Source: Antedon mediterranea | Lineage: Eukaryota; Animalia; Echinodermata | Length of the DNA stretch: 64,000 bases | Assembly (NCBI RefSeq): GCF_964355755.1 | Contig: NC_092672.1 | Coordinates: 24,689,237 to 24,753,236, forward strand | Direction: 5' to 3' | Part shown: one piece after another, positions 1 through 12,128 of the stretch | How positions within the stretch are numbered: position 1 is the stretch's first letter | Layout: the number at the start of each line of letters is the position of its first letter | Program-made: the position numbers and the translations under genes | The notes under the pieces: generated by a model | Seen by the model: the letters and a program-made list of their open reading frames with translations, nothing else | Database searches by the model: none | Told to the model about the DNA's origin: nothing

Positions 1-373
1 AAGTAAAAACCCAGAAACAAGAAAACAAGATGACACAGATCAGTTGAATGAGATATTGTGTCGCAAACTAGATGTACAAAAGTATGAAGTTAAAGCAGTC
101 TACAGACTTGGGAAAAGAGATTCAGAAAAATGCAGACCATTGAAAGTAGAGATGGGCCAAGTCAGTACATGTTATGAAGTCTTAAAAAAACTGAGAAATA
201 TAAAGCCAGAATCTGTACAAATATCCAAGGATCGAACAAAAACTGAGAGAGAGAAGTATAAGGCACTTAAAATGGAACTTAAAGAGAGATTAGATAGTGG
301 AGAAGAAAACCTCGTAATTAGAAACTATAAAATAGTTCATCGTAGTTTTCGGACCACTGACAGAGCCGAGTAG
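1..373 (+). CDS. LINE ORF1 C-terminal part (starts upstream of window)
   Basis: VYRLGK...RPLKV...ISKDRTKTERE...L.IRNYKIV resembles the C-terminus of CR1-type ORF1 proteins; lies directly upstream of ORF2. Confidence 0.75.
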   Translation, partial: SKNPETRKQDDTDQLNEILCRKLDVQKYEVKAVYRLGKRDSEKCRPLKVEMGQVSTCYEVLKKLRNIKPESVQISKDRTKTEREKYKALKMELKERLDSGEENLVIRNYKIVHRSFRTTDRAE

Positions 374-446
374 AAGAAATTTAAAACAACAGAAAAATTT
401 AAGTTTTAATGTTTCAAATACCACAAGAATTAGTAACATTACGTTC

Positions 447-3299
447 ATGTATACTAACTGCGACTCAATTCTAAACAAGAGAGATGAATTTAAGTTAAGA
501 ATAAAAGACTCTGATCCAGATATAATTTTGCTAACTGAAATATTGCCCAAACACTCTTTGTACCAAGTACAAAAAAATGAATTGGAAATTGAAGAGTATA
601 ATTTTTATTATTCTGAGAAAAAAAAAGGTATTGGAATCTACGTTAAAAGTCATTTATCAGTTTCCGTTGTTGACTTTGAGAGCGATTTTGAAGAATCACT
701 GTGGGTTGAAGTTTACGTTGGCAGTCAAAGAATGGTAATAGGATGCATGTACAGAAGCCCCAACAGCACCATGGAAAATAATTTTAAAATTAGAGAGCTA
801 TTTGGCAGAGTGAATATGATCAAATGTGATTACTTAATTGTGGCCGGTGACTTTAATTTTGGTAACATTTGTTGGCCAGATGAGAAAATTTATCAAGGCG
901 AAAAGATTGAAAGTCAACGTTTTCTTGATATTATTAAAGATCTATTCTGGTACCAGCACATTACAGTACCCACTCGATTTAGATCGGGCCAAGAACCAAG
1001 TCTACTAGATTTAATTTTTTCCAAAAATGTAGATGAGGTAGAAGATATAAATATTAAACCGCCTTTAGGAAAAAGTGACCACGCAATTGTTACCTTTAAA
1101 GTGGAAGTTGAGGGACAGGAAAGAAGGGAACATACGGAGGCTCGAAACTATTATAGAGGAGAGTATGATAATATGAGGCAAGCTTTGAAAATATCAGACG
1201 TTAAACATTTTTATGAAATAAATAGTGGAATTGAAATGAGTAAAGCAATTGAAAATAAAATTAATGAGTGTGTTTCAATATATGTCCCATTACGAAGAAA
1301 AAATGTAAATACAAAAAAAGAATGGATGAACAACGAACTGAAAAACGAAATTAAGAAAAAACATAACAAATGGAACAGGTTCCAAAAGAAAAAGAATAAA
1401 CAATCATGGTCCGAGTTTACCATCCAAAGAAATAGAACCACAGATCTAATTAAGAAAACAAAAGCAGAGTTTGAGCTAAAACTAGCTAGAGATGTCAAAA
1501 CCAATCCAAAAAACTTTTGGAAGTATGTTAAAGGGAAAACAAAAAAGAAATCTGGAATTCCAACTCTAACTGATAATAATGGCAAAAGTGTAACAGAAGA
1601 TACTGATAAAGCTAATCTACTAAACGATTCTTTTGCATCTGTTTTCACAATTGAAAATACTGAAGATATACCTATACTTAGTCCACGAGTAGATGATATT
1701 GTACTAAACATAGTACATTTTTCTAAGGAAGGTATCGAGGAATACCTCAATAAGTTAGATATTTGTAAGTCTCCTGGTCCAGACAAAATAAACTCTCGAG
1801 TCTTAAAGGAAACAAGTTTACAATTGGCTGATCTCTTTAAGCATTTATTCACTAAATTGATGAAGCAAGGAGCTATCCCCCTATCTTGGGGCCTCGCAGA
1901 CGTTATACCTATATTCAAAAAAGGTAATAAGTCTACACCCTTGAATTATAGACCAGTGAGCCTGACTTCACTAGTATGTAAAACTATGGAAACAGTCATT
2001 AGGAATAATATAATGGATTATATGGAAAGCAACAATTTGTTCACCAAAAGTCAACATGGTTTTCGGCCGGGTAGGTCATGTAATACAGCACTACTAGAAG
2101 CGCTAAATCAGTGGACCAAATGGTTAGATGAAGGCTCAAGTTTCGATTGCGTTTTCTTGGATTTCAAGAAAGCTTTTGATAGCGTTCCACATAAAAGATT
2201 AATCAACAAGCTGAAAGCATATGGTATAGGAGGAAACTTAGTGCAGTGGATAGAGGCGTTTCTTACTAATAGATCACAGGTAGTTGTTGTAAATGGTGTT
2301 AGGTCAAACAGCAAAAGAGTAACAAGTGGAATACCTCAAGGAAGTGTTCTAGGACCACTGCTCTTCAACTTGTATATCAACGACCTTCCTGATCAAATAG
2401 ATTCCGAGATAACAATTTTTGCAGATGACACCAAGATTTTTAGAAAAATAAATAATTTAGATGATGCCAAAAAGTTACAAGATGACATTGACAAGCTGTT
2501 TAAATGGTCTATAAAATGGCAACTACCGTTTAACTTAGATAAATGTAGTGTCATGCATTTTGGTAGAAAGAACAATAAATTTCAATACAAGATGGGCCAT
2601 GCAGAAAACAAGAAACTACTACAATGGGTCTCCAAAATGACAGATCTCGGGGTCGTAATTGACGATAAATTAACTTTCGAATCCCATGTGGCTCAAGTTG
2701 CTATGAAAGCAAATAAAAAGCTGGGCATCATATATAGGTCTTTTGATTATTTATCCTGCCACTCCTTATCTCTTCTGTATAAATCGATTGTAAGACCATC
2801 CATGGAATATTGCAGTACTGTTTGGCAACATGTTTTTTTGAAAGAATCTGATAAGTTGGAAAAGGTTCAACAGCGTGCATCTAGAATGATAGCAGATTTA
2901 CGTCAGTATGAATACAGTCAACGACTTTCCAAAATGCACCTTCCTACTCTAGAATACAGAATATTGAGATCCGCAATGATTCAAGTATTCAAAATGTTCT
3001 ACGGTTTCACTAAATGTAACAATGAGGATTTTTTTAAGTTAACCACTGAATCTAGAACCAGACGACACTTTTTGAAAATTAGCAAACCTCGTACTCACTT
3101 AAGGATACGGCAGAAATTTTTTACAAACTCTATTATCGACACATGGAACAACTTGCCTCAGGATGTAATAGAAGCTGCAAATGTTAATCAATTTAAAAAC
3201 CGACTAGAAAAATTTTGGAATCACCACCCACTAAAGTTTTCCCCGTATGATAGAACATGTAATAGAATATACCGGAGGGACACACAAGCATTGCTTTAG
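447..3299 (+). CDS. LINE ORF2: apurinic-like endonuclease + reverse transcriptase, intact 950 aa
   Basis: APE motifs YTN, LTE, YRSP, GDFN, LDLIF, SDH; RT motifs KSPGPD, YRPVSLTS, QHGF, LDFKKAFD, GIPQGSVLGP, FADD; no stop or frameshift. Confidence 0.95.
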   Translation: MYTNCDSILNKRDEFKLRIKDSDPDIILLTEILPKHSLYQVQKNELEIEEYNFYYSEKKKGIGIYVKSHLSVSVVDFESDFEESLWVEVYVGSQRMVIGCMYRSPNSTMENNFKIRELFGRVNMIKCDYLIVAGDFNFGNICWPDEKIYQGEKIESQRFLDIIKDLFWYQHITVPTRFRSGQEPSLLDLIFSKNVDEVEDINIKPPLGKSDHAIVTFKVEVEGQERREHTEARNYYRGEYDNMRQALKISDVKHFYEINSGIEMSKAIENKINECVSIYVPLRRKNVNTKKEWMNNELKNEIKKKHNKWNRFQKKKNKQSWSEFTIQRNRTTDLIKKTKAEFELKLARDVKTNPKNFWKYVKGKTKKKSGIPTLTDNNGKSVTEDTDKANLLNDSFASVFTIENTEDIPILSPRVDDIVLNIVHFSKEGIEEYLNKLDICKSPGPDKINSRVLKETSLQLADLFKHLFTKLMKQGAIPLSWGLADVIPIFKKGNKSTPLNYRPVSLTSLVCKTMETVIRNNIMDYMESNNLFTKSQHGFRPGRSCNTALLEALNQWTKWLDEGSSFDCVFLDFKKAFDSVPHKRLINKLKAYGIGGNLVQWIEAFLTNRSQVVVVNGVRSNSKRVTSGIPQGSVLGPLLFNLYINDLPDQIDSEITIFADDTKIFRKINNLDDAKKLQDDIDKLFKWSIKWQLPFNLDKCSVMHFGRKNNKFQYKMGHAENKKLLQWVSKMTDLGVVIDDKLTFESHVAQVAMKANKKLGIIYRSFDYLSCHSLSLLYKSIVRPSMEYCSTVWQHVFLKESDKLEKVQQRASRMIADLRQYEYSQRLSKMHLPTLEYRILRSAMIQVFKMFYGFTKCNNEDFFKLTTESRTRRHFLKISKPRTHLRIRQKFFTNSIIDTWNNLPQDVIEAANVNQFKNRLEKFWNHHPLKFSPYDRTCNRIYRRDTQALL

Positions 3300-3574
3300 A
3301 TGTCCAAGATCAAGGTAAATCAAGGTAAATAAAATGTCTCCAGGTCTACAAGTTTTGTTTTTGTAAAGCCTACTTACCATCGTTAATAAAATTAATTCTC
3401 ATGGCGCCTTCAATAACATGGGGAGGGTCGTGCAGCGCCCGATCGCCTAGGATAATTTTTATCTAGCCTAATTCCTCAACAAAGGCAATAATGACACACG
3501 GCCCTTCCCACGTGAACGACTGTTGTCTTTCGCGAGCGCGGTCCTACAAAAAACCAAACGGAAACAAAAACGAG

Positions 3575-4122
3575 ACTCAGAATGTTGCAATACCTACCAA
3601 ACGAGAGTAGATAATTGTTAATTAATTATGAAACCCCAACTTTTATAGCAAAAATCGTCCGAATTTATGTTAAAAACGACGAGTTTAGCCACAAAAACTT
3701 AAATCAAACGAGAGTATCCAAGTCATAGAATATCGCACGCACATAGTGCCTTTAATAGAATAATGAGTATTAAACATTGTTTCGTATATTTATGTACTAA
3801 CATAAATAATAACATATTTCTATGCTTAATAAAATCATATTTAATATATTATCAAAGGCTCTGATAACCTTTGTTTTCGGTCGATGTGATGTTTTTCTAA
3901 AAAAAATATATGTAAAACGATCAAAGTAAGATTGTTCATTGTTCTCCTATTAAAGGCACTAAGGGCGTGCCATAAAAATACGCTCGTTTGGATTAAGTTT
4001 TTGTTGCTAAATTCATCGTTTATAACATAAATTCGGATGATTTTTGCTATAAAATTTTGGTTTTCATAATGAATTAACCATTATCTACTCTCGTTTGGTA
4101 GGTATTTGCAACATTCTGAGTC
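3575..4122. mobile_element. Two oppositely oriented ends of one TTAA-bounded DNA-transposon family (Kolobok-like), facing each other
   Basis: About 3575-3755 is a diverged reverse complement of about 3950-4122; ends read gtgcct|ttaa and ttaa|aggcac with about 200 bp between. Confidence 0.6.
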
Positions 4123-4776
4123 CCTTTTGTTTCAGTTTTGGTGTTTATATAGGACCATCCATACCCTTCGCGAGCGTGTACTAACGACTCAAATTGCTTC
4201 TTGGGTAGTCCCCGGAACTCCACCCCAAATTTCTCTTTTACTTTCGCAAAAATGCTCTTATTTATTATCTGTGATTCTTTTCTATTGCCTGCCATCCTTC
4301 CCCGTACTTTCTCTCCCCCCACAACTGAATAACATATCTTGTGATTTCATTCATCCACATACATGTTCACTTCTTCGTTCGACTGTCAAAACCACGAGGA
4401 AAAAACACATCGTATGCGACGGTATCTGACCCGGGGTCACAACTGTCAATCAAATAACCGTTATTTCGTGTTGCAGCTAAAGGCTGGTTTCCTGTCGACG
4501 TAAGAACATCACTTTTGTTGCGACTACGTCGATTTGTCGTAAGAAATGCGGATTTTACAGGAAACCGATTACGATCGAAAATTTACAAAATTGACGCAAC
4601 GTAAGAAAAATGGTAACGACAAACGATTTTACAGGAAACCGATGACCTAACAATTGTTGCGTTACGACGTTTTCTTCCGATTTTACAGGAAACCGGGATT
4701 TTTGATCTTACGCTTGAATGACCGCCCTTGCGTCACGTTTCTTACGTCTCTTAAGGCTGGTTTCCTGTCGACGTAA

Positions 4777-6262
4777 AGGCTGGTTTCCTGTCGACGTAAG
4801 AAGTCGAATTTTGTAACGATTCTTGCGTTTCATACGTTCCTTACGTCTCTTACGAAAGTTGAGAAAAAATTGACGTCGTTGACGTTAGTCAAGATCGTGT
4901 CGGGCCGCAGAAAAACATCTGTAGTTATGCTGCTCCCGAAAGTTGAAATTTTAGCTGTGAAACACACGTCGTATGCTTACGTCGATTTTAGTGTTGTTAC
5001 GAAAGTTGAAATTTTTTTCTTACGTCGGTCAGATTTATGACGTATTTGAAACAACATCTCTGATTGGTGTTTCTTTTTAGAGCGGGTTTTATCATTTTTC
5101 GCGCGAAATGTTGAATGATGTTATTGTACCTGTAGCTACTCAACATCAGTGTCAGTGCAACTCAGCATCAGTGTCAGTGCAGCACACCAACATATTATTT
5201 TTAGTAGATAGGCTAGGCCCTAGTATTAGTAATAATACTTAATTAATACTGTACTAATAGGAATTGATTTGACCAAAATCTAATCAAACTAGCCTATAAG
5301 GAGCCTAGGCTAGTATGCCTATGTATTATTGTATGAATCAAAATATGAATGAATTATCCTGGCCCTTTAGGCCTAGCCTTAAATAGTTTTCAAAATTAAA
5401 AAAAGGCAAATCATTTCGGGATTCCTATTATTATTAGACCTACCTAGGCCCTAGGCTAGGCCTTGGCCTATGGGCCCAGGCATACTTTAATCGAGCATGA
5501 GATAGTACTACCGCAGTAAGATACCCATTATTTACAGGCCTATAATAAGAATAAATTTAACAAAACAATATAAATTATACAAAATCAAGCAAACAATTTT
5601 TTTTTAAAGTTACATAATAATATTATATTGCTTACAAAGGGGCTTTCTATATCTTATCTTGTTGCAAATGTTCATTTTCGTGACGTTTCTACCGATGCTG
5701 ATTGTTTATTGCACGTCCATAAATAAGAGTATTAGATTTTGATATGAGTTGTAAACTCCCTGATTAGAACATTATTAGGCCTATTATTGACACTACTGTG
5801 CATTTGTAAAGTATGTACAACATCGTAAAGTGGGCTAAAATTATAGTAGTAAATACATACAAATGTTATTGTCCGGCTTTATTTCACTATAAGGACATAC
5901 ACATTACGTCATAACTCTTGTCGCTCATTGGTTGCTTGTTACGATTGCGCTTACGTCTCTTGCGAAAGTTGACTTCAAGTCAACTTTCGTAAGAGACGTA
6001 AGAAACGTGACGCAAGGGCGTTCATTCAAGCGTAAGATAAAAAATCCCGGTTTCCTGTAAAATCGGAAGAAAACGTCGTAACGCAACAATTGTTAGGTCA
6101 TCGGTTTCCTATAAAATCGTTTGTCGTTACCATTTTTCTTACGTTGCGTCGATTTTGTAAATTTTCGATCGTAATCGGTTTCCTGTAAAATCCGCATTTC
6201 TTACGACAAATCGACGTAGTCGCAACAAAAGTGATGTTCTTACGTCGACAGGAAACCAGCCT
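4777..6262 (+). mobile_element. Harbinger-type non-autonomous element A (1.49 kb), inserted inside the TIR of C
   Basis: 26-bp TIRs aggctggtttcctgtcgacgtaagaa; flanks TAA and TTA (TWA target); near-identical to B in opposite orientation. Confidence 0.85.
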
Positions 6263-6769
6263 TTAGAGTCAGTTTTTCTAACGTCAGTTACGATTGTTAC
6301 GTCGATTTTACGTAAGAAACCAACATTTGACAGGAAACCGCTTACGACAATATTTTGGTGAAATCGACGTAAACGCAAGAAAAATAGACGATCGACAGGA
6401 AACCGGGGTATCGAATCTCCGTCTGATACGTCGATTTATCGCGAATTTACAGGAAACCGGGATTTTATTGCTTGCGATCACTTGCGTTGCGTTATTAACG
6501 ATTCTTACGTAAAGTTGACTTGGAGTCAACTTTACGTAAGCGTAAGAGTCGTAAGCGCAAGATATACAATGGAAAAGGATAGGCCTATTTTTAATAGGAT
6601 ACGAAAATACGAATTTCATTAATAAAAGCAGCTTTTTTACAACACCTCTTTACCAAAAAAGGATAAAAATTAGCCCTATATTAAAAACGTACAATTATAT
6701 TCAAGTTCTTTCTATTCACACTTTTCTTTATTTTATTGACATATTCTCCTTCCGGTAATTAAGTTCATT

Positions 6770-7078
6770 TTTTTTTTTTGTCTTATGTAGGATCGACCCA
6801 CTTTTATTTCTTCATCAATAAAATGTTCGTTTACAATGAGTACATTGAGCACATGAGTAATGTAATGATACAATACAATATAATTGACATTAACTAACTT
6901 TCAGTACAACTGATATCTCACTCCTACCATTGCATTTTATATATAATAGTATAAGGAAAGAAAAAAAAATTCCTCTATGTTATACACTCTTTACACGTTT
7001 TTCAATCCTTAACAATGTACGTATAATTTACCACAGAATTCTTAATTTTATAACTCTTTTTATCTCTTTCAGGCAATG

Positions 7079-7109
<31 letters not shown>

Positions 7110-8228
7110 ATATTTTACTTTACCTAAATATCAATTTTATAAACGTTAATTTTATACCTTGCTAAATTGTTACGGTCCATATCTGACCACATTTTTTTTG
7201 CCTTTTCTTTATTTATTAAAAACTCACAATTGATTATATCTTCTAACTCCGCAGTGAACATTAACCATGGACATTTTTTAACAAGTCCTAGTCTGTGTTT
7301 GACTTTATTTTTATAAACACAGAAAGTTAAAATGGAAAATATTTCATTAATTTTGACATCATATTTTCCAAGTAAAATTTTCTCCCATGTAACTTTCTGA
7401 GTAAATGCAAAACATGTTTTCAACATAGCGCAACATTTTACCCAGCAATGTTTTACTTCTTTGCATGTAAATAACATATGCTTTTCATTTTCAACCTCCT
7501 CATTACAATATTCACAATAATTACTGTTTGACAAATTCCATAATTTTAGCTTACACCTAGTTGGTAAAATTTTATGTAGCAACTTAAAATTAAAGAAAGC
7601 CACTCTTTTTATGTGCAACATACTCTTAACTTTGTTTTTCCAACATAGATTCCAGTCGATAAAACAATTTTGAAGTTGGTTTTCCCATTTATCTTGTGCT
7701 TTTGGTATGCACGCTTTATATGCTACCTCGGTAAAAGTGAAATAGAATTGTTTGACAGTTGTATAATTTGAAGTAACATTAACATTTTTGTCTATTGTAT
7801 CAACCTCTTTATGTATATAACAATAGGGTTTCTCAACCACTATAACTTTCCAGTTTCTTGGAATAGCGTCAATTAGTGCCATATATTTTAAAAATGCATT
7901 TTCCCTTCGTTTCAACAGTGGAGTTATTTCATTAATATGCTTAAATCTAGACTTATCCATAATATCTCCTACTGTTTTTATACTTGATTTCACCCAAGAT
8001 TTACAGAATAGTGATTTTTTGTTATGCATGACATATATATTCTCCCATAACCTCTGAGTTTTTATTTCACATATACATTGAGGTTTTTTAGTATAAATAT
8101 TATTAAACCGTATGCAGGCTTTAAGCAAATTTATATAGAATGTATTCACATATTTGAGTGCATTATGCTTCTCAAAGTTTGCTTCCGTCATACTTAATGT
8201 ATAATCAATTGGATATAAATTGTATAAT
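6770..8228 (-). mobile_element. 5'-truncated L1/Tx1-type LINE (C-terminal RVT zinc-finger region)
   Basis: ORF 7124-8242 has FKLLHKILPT...CEYC...E...HMLFTC...W; AATAAA (minus, about 6803-6808) then poly(A) at about 6768-6779; 15-bp TSD gtaattaagttcatt at 6755-6769 and 8229-8243. Confidence 0.85.
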
Positions 8229-11200
8229 GTAATTAAGTTCATTAACTATTCTTTTATTAGGAGAAATGATTCGATGTTTTTAAACAATTTAAACCGGCAC
8301 TATTTGCTCCATCTGAGTTTTACTAATCAATGTTTTTGTTGTTTGTGTTGCTATAAGAAGCATGCTATTAGATTCTGATGCAGTAGATGTAATATTAAAT
8401 ACAGAAGGTAAGATATTTAATAACAATTAATAATAATGATAACAATAAAGTTATTAAACAATATTGCCATTCAATATCCCTCCACACTTAATAATAAGAA
8501 GCATACAGTAAATACTTGTTAAATAAATTTATTTACAAATACATTCTGCACAATACTATTTTATGGATTAGGCCATTTATATAAATTCTCAAAAATAATA
8601 GATGCATACACCATGGCATACAGAATATATAATACCGACAATCAAACCTTTAACTAAATACTATAATTACTTACTTATTAACTAAATACATTTTTAAAAA
8701 GCAAACACAAACACTTTTACTGATTACCTTAAGTGATATACAGTAACTTTCTTTGCATACACTGTGTCACACAATATATATGATACAGGAAATTAAACCT
8801 TTAAATAAATCTAAAAAGTTGAGTACTAAAATTATAAACATGTTTTTAAACTCTGAAACTGTGGTACACTGCACTGTAATTTCTCTCTTTCAGATGGGGC
8901 TGAATTAAGGACACAAGTTGATTCAATCTTTCTGGTGTCATTCTTGTATATCTATTTAATAAAGCAAAACAATTTGTAAAGGCAACACATACACTTTCAA
9001 TGTTGATACATTATCAATGTTAATATCAATGTTTTGTTTAATTTTCAGTGGTACTAAGAAGCAGACTTTCTGTTCACATGTAAAAATGTTAATAATAAAT
9101 AAGTGTGATATTTCCTATGTACTGGGCAGTATTTACTTTGGAATCATTATAGGCCTCATTTTGTGTTTAAAATTTGCTCTGTAAAAATATTTAACATTTC
9201 AAAACTAGTGTGTTGAGGCTTTTCAATAATTATTTTAAATCAAAGAAAAATAATTAAACATATTTAAAGTGTTTTTCACTTGTTTTTCTTAAGTTAATGA
9301 CTACAAATTTTAATTTTATAGCATTTTTCTGTTAAGCAGCTGAACTACTGTTATTAGTTATAATTATGTGTACAGTATGATAACAGTTTTAGTTACAAAC
9401 ATTTAGTTTTTAAACACATTCCAACCAAAGGGCATGTAAAAGAAGAGTTTCACTGTAGATCATTTTTGTTGAAGTTTAGAAGTTGGAATTATTGTGTAGA
9501 GTGTGTAGATCCAATACATTAAAATGTTAAAATGTTGTTTTTTTTTAATTTGGCCTATCATATAAAATAAAGTCACACTAAAAAAAAAGAGAGATTTATG
9601 CCTAATTCCATTGTTTGTAGGGCCTAGCCTAGTAGGCTAGTATAGGAGGCCTACTACTACTACTAAGTACTAGGGGCCTAGGCTATATAGTAGGTAGGCC
9701 TAAAAAAGGCTTTTAGTAGTAGGCTAGCCTAGGCCTAGTATTACTAAGTAGGCCTACTAGGATAGGCCTACAAGAAGGCTACGGTCTAGGACATTTTTAG
9801 TACAGGTCTCTTGCCTATATTACAGTAAAATAGTAGTGGTATGATGTAGGACTGGGCCTGGGCCTAGGCATGTTCCGTTTTATGTAGCTAGGCCTATGTA
9901 CAGTATATGCCACACAGCATGTATGCCTTTCTAAGCCTAGGCTGCCTACCTGAAAAACAATTGCCTGACATGGGCAACCATCGATCGAGCAAACACAGAA
10001 GCGTAAGAAAAAATTTCAACTTTACGTAACGATCATAAGACGACCGTAAGCGCTTGAAGTTAAAAAAGTCAACTTTACGAAAGGGTCGTTATCGGCTCGT
10101 GAGCCTGCGGTTCAGAACGATCAAAACGACGTTCACTTTTGTTCAACTTAACGGAAGAGACGTAACAAACGCAACAATCGTAACAAACGTTAGCATTTCC
10201 AAAACCAGGCTTTACGAAAGTTGACTTGAAGTCAACTTTCGCAAGAGACGTAAGCGCAATCGTAACAAGCAACCAATGAGCGACAAGAGTTATGACGTAA
10301 TGTGTATATCCTTATAGTGAAATAAAGCCAGACAATAACATTTGTATGTGTTTACTACAGTACTATAATTTTAGCCCACTTTACGATGTTGTACATACTT
10401 TACAAATGCACAGTAGTTTCAATATAGGCCTAATAATGTACTAATCAGGGAGTTTACAACTCATATCAAAATCTAATACTCTTATATATGGACGTGCAAT
10501 AAACAATCAGCATCGGTAGAAACGTCACGAAAATGAACATTTGCAACAAGATAAGATATAGGAAGCCCCTTTGTAAGCAATATAATATTATTATGTAACT
10601 TTAAAAAAAAATTGTTTGCTTGATTTTGTATAATTTATATTGTTTTGTTAAATTTATTCTTATTATAGGCCTGTAAATAATGGATATCTTACTGCGGTAG
10701 TACTATATCATGCTCGATTAGAGTATGCCTGGGCCCATAGGCCAAGGCCTAACCTAGGGCCTAGGTAGGTCTAATAATAATAGGAATCCCGAAATGATTT
10801 GCCTTTTTTTTAATTTTGAAAACTATTTAAGGCTAGGCCTAAAGGGCCAGGATAATTTATTCATATTTTGATTCATACAATAATACATAGGCCTACTAGC
10901 CTAGGCTCCTTATAGGCTAGTTTGATTAGATTTTGGTCAAATCAATTCCTATTAGTACATTATTAATTAAGTATTATTACTAATAGGCCTACTAGGGCCT
11001 AGCCTATCTACTAAAAATAATATGTTGGTGTGCTGCACTGACACTGATGCTGAGTTGCACTGACACTGATGAGTAGCTACAGGTACAATAACATCATTCA
11101 ACATTTCGCGCGAAAAATGATAAAACCCGCTCTAAAAAGAAACACCAATCAGAGATGTTGTTTCAAATACGTCATAAATCTGACCGACGTAAGACAAAAA

Positions 11201-11438
11201 TTTCAACTTTCGTAACAACACTAAAATCGACGTAAGCATACGACGTGTGTTTCACAGCTAAAATTTCAACTTTCGGGAGCAGCATAACTACAGATGTTTT
11301 TCTGCGGCCCGACACGATCTTGACTAACGTCAACGACGTCAATTTTTTCTCAACTTTCGTAAGAGACGTAAGAAACGTATGAAACGCAAGAATCGTTGCA
11401 AAATTCGACTTCTTACGTCGACAGGAAACCAGCCTTAA

Positions 11439-11647
11439 GAATTGCTCAGCGATAACCGGTTAAACGGCGTTCTAACACCGATTTAAATTGGTGTTTTTAA
11501 CCGGTTATTTTGCGCTGCCTTTTAACCGGTTACCACAAATTTGTCCTGTTTCTGCTGCCAAGAAAATTGAGTTAATTTATTCACACCGATTTTAATTTAT
11601 TCACACCGATTTTAACCGGTTATTTTTTATGCAGCAGAAACAGGCCC
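11439..11647. mobile_element. Right end of another Harbinger-type element (TIR gcagcagaaacaggccc)
   Basis: Same terminus as the element at 35102-35912; repeated taaccggtta motifs, with a similar motif left of 4478. Confidence 0.55.
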
Positions 11648-11732
11648 ATAGTCCTGCGGTACGTACATTTGAAATCGCCAGTTTTGTGACGCTGAAATTA
11701 CTGTGTATTCGAGAACCATCTGTGGGCACGAC

Positions 11733-11769
11733 CTAGATGGTACGCGAGCGAAGCGAGCGTACCATCTAG
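11733..11769. repeat. 13-bp-stem hairpin, Helitron/Helentron-type terminus
   Basis: ctagatggtacgc-gagcgaagcga-gcgtaccatctag perfect inverted repeat. Confidence 0.5.
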
Positions 11770-12023
11770 TATAATACAATTTTTAATAACCAGATTTTAA
11801 ATTATATTTTGTAATGACCAATTAATGATATATTTAATATGTATATTGGACAAAATTAAAAAAGAAATATATTTGACATACTATATTATTATTTGATATA
11901 ATTTAACGTACGCACATAAAGAGACGCAGACAACTAAACTTTACTTTGATTAGAAGTAATAATTGTTTATTTGATTTGATATAATAATTCTAATATTTGC
12001 TACGTCTACTCTAAGACCCGTAA

Positions 12024-12128
12024 GGTCCGTATTAATGACTGAACTATCTCTGGATTTAGTCTGGACAATCTTTAATCCTGGACTAAACCAGTATTAAAAT
12101 CGGCAAAAGATAGTCATGAATACGGGCC
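12024..12128. mobile_element. About 105-bp MITE
   Basis: Imperfect TIRs ggtccgtattaatgact / agtcatgaatacgggcc. Confidence 0.5.

Larger units (their letters stand above)
1..3330 (+). mobile_element. CR1-clade non-LTR retrotransposon (5' end outside window)
   Basis: ORF1 C-terminus followed by an APE+RT ORF2, a very short 3' UTR and a tandem 10-bp tail (caaggtaaat x2, 3311-3330) instead of poly(A). Confidence 0.9.
4754..10211. mobile_element. Related larger Harbinger-type element C inserted into B
   Basis: Starts aggctggttt, ends aaaccaggct (imperfect TIR); TSD TTA at 4751-4753 and 10212-10214; shares caggaaacc and cttacg subterminal motifs at 6266-6560 and 10000-10200. Confidence 0.7.
4481..11435 (-). 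mobile_element. Harbinger-type non-autonomous element B, split into 4481-4753 and 10215-11435 by a nested insertion
   Basis: TIR aggctggtttcctgtcgacgtaagaa at 4481 and its reverse complement ending 11435; TSD TAA at 4478-4480 and 11436-11438; the two halves rejoin into the reverse complement of element A. Confidence 0.85.

Noticed and set aside
1211-2575. Antisense ORFs within LINE ORF2 (and similar ones across 14714-18975)
   Set aside because: Shadow frames of TE coding sequence with no motifs
8229-8242. ATG start of the 372-aa ORF as a real gene start
   Set aside because: The ATG lies in the target-site duplication; the ORF is a 5'-truncated LINE
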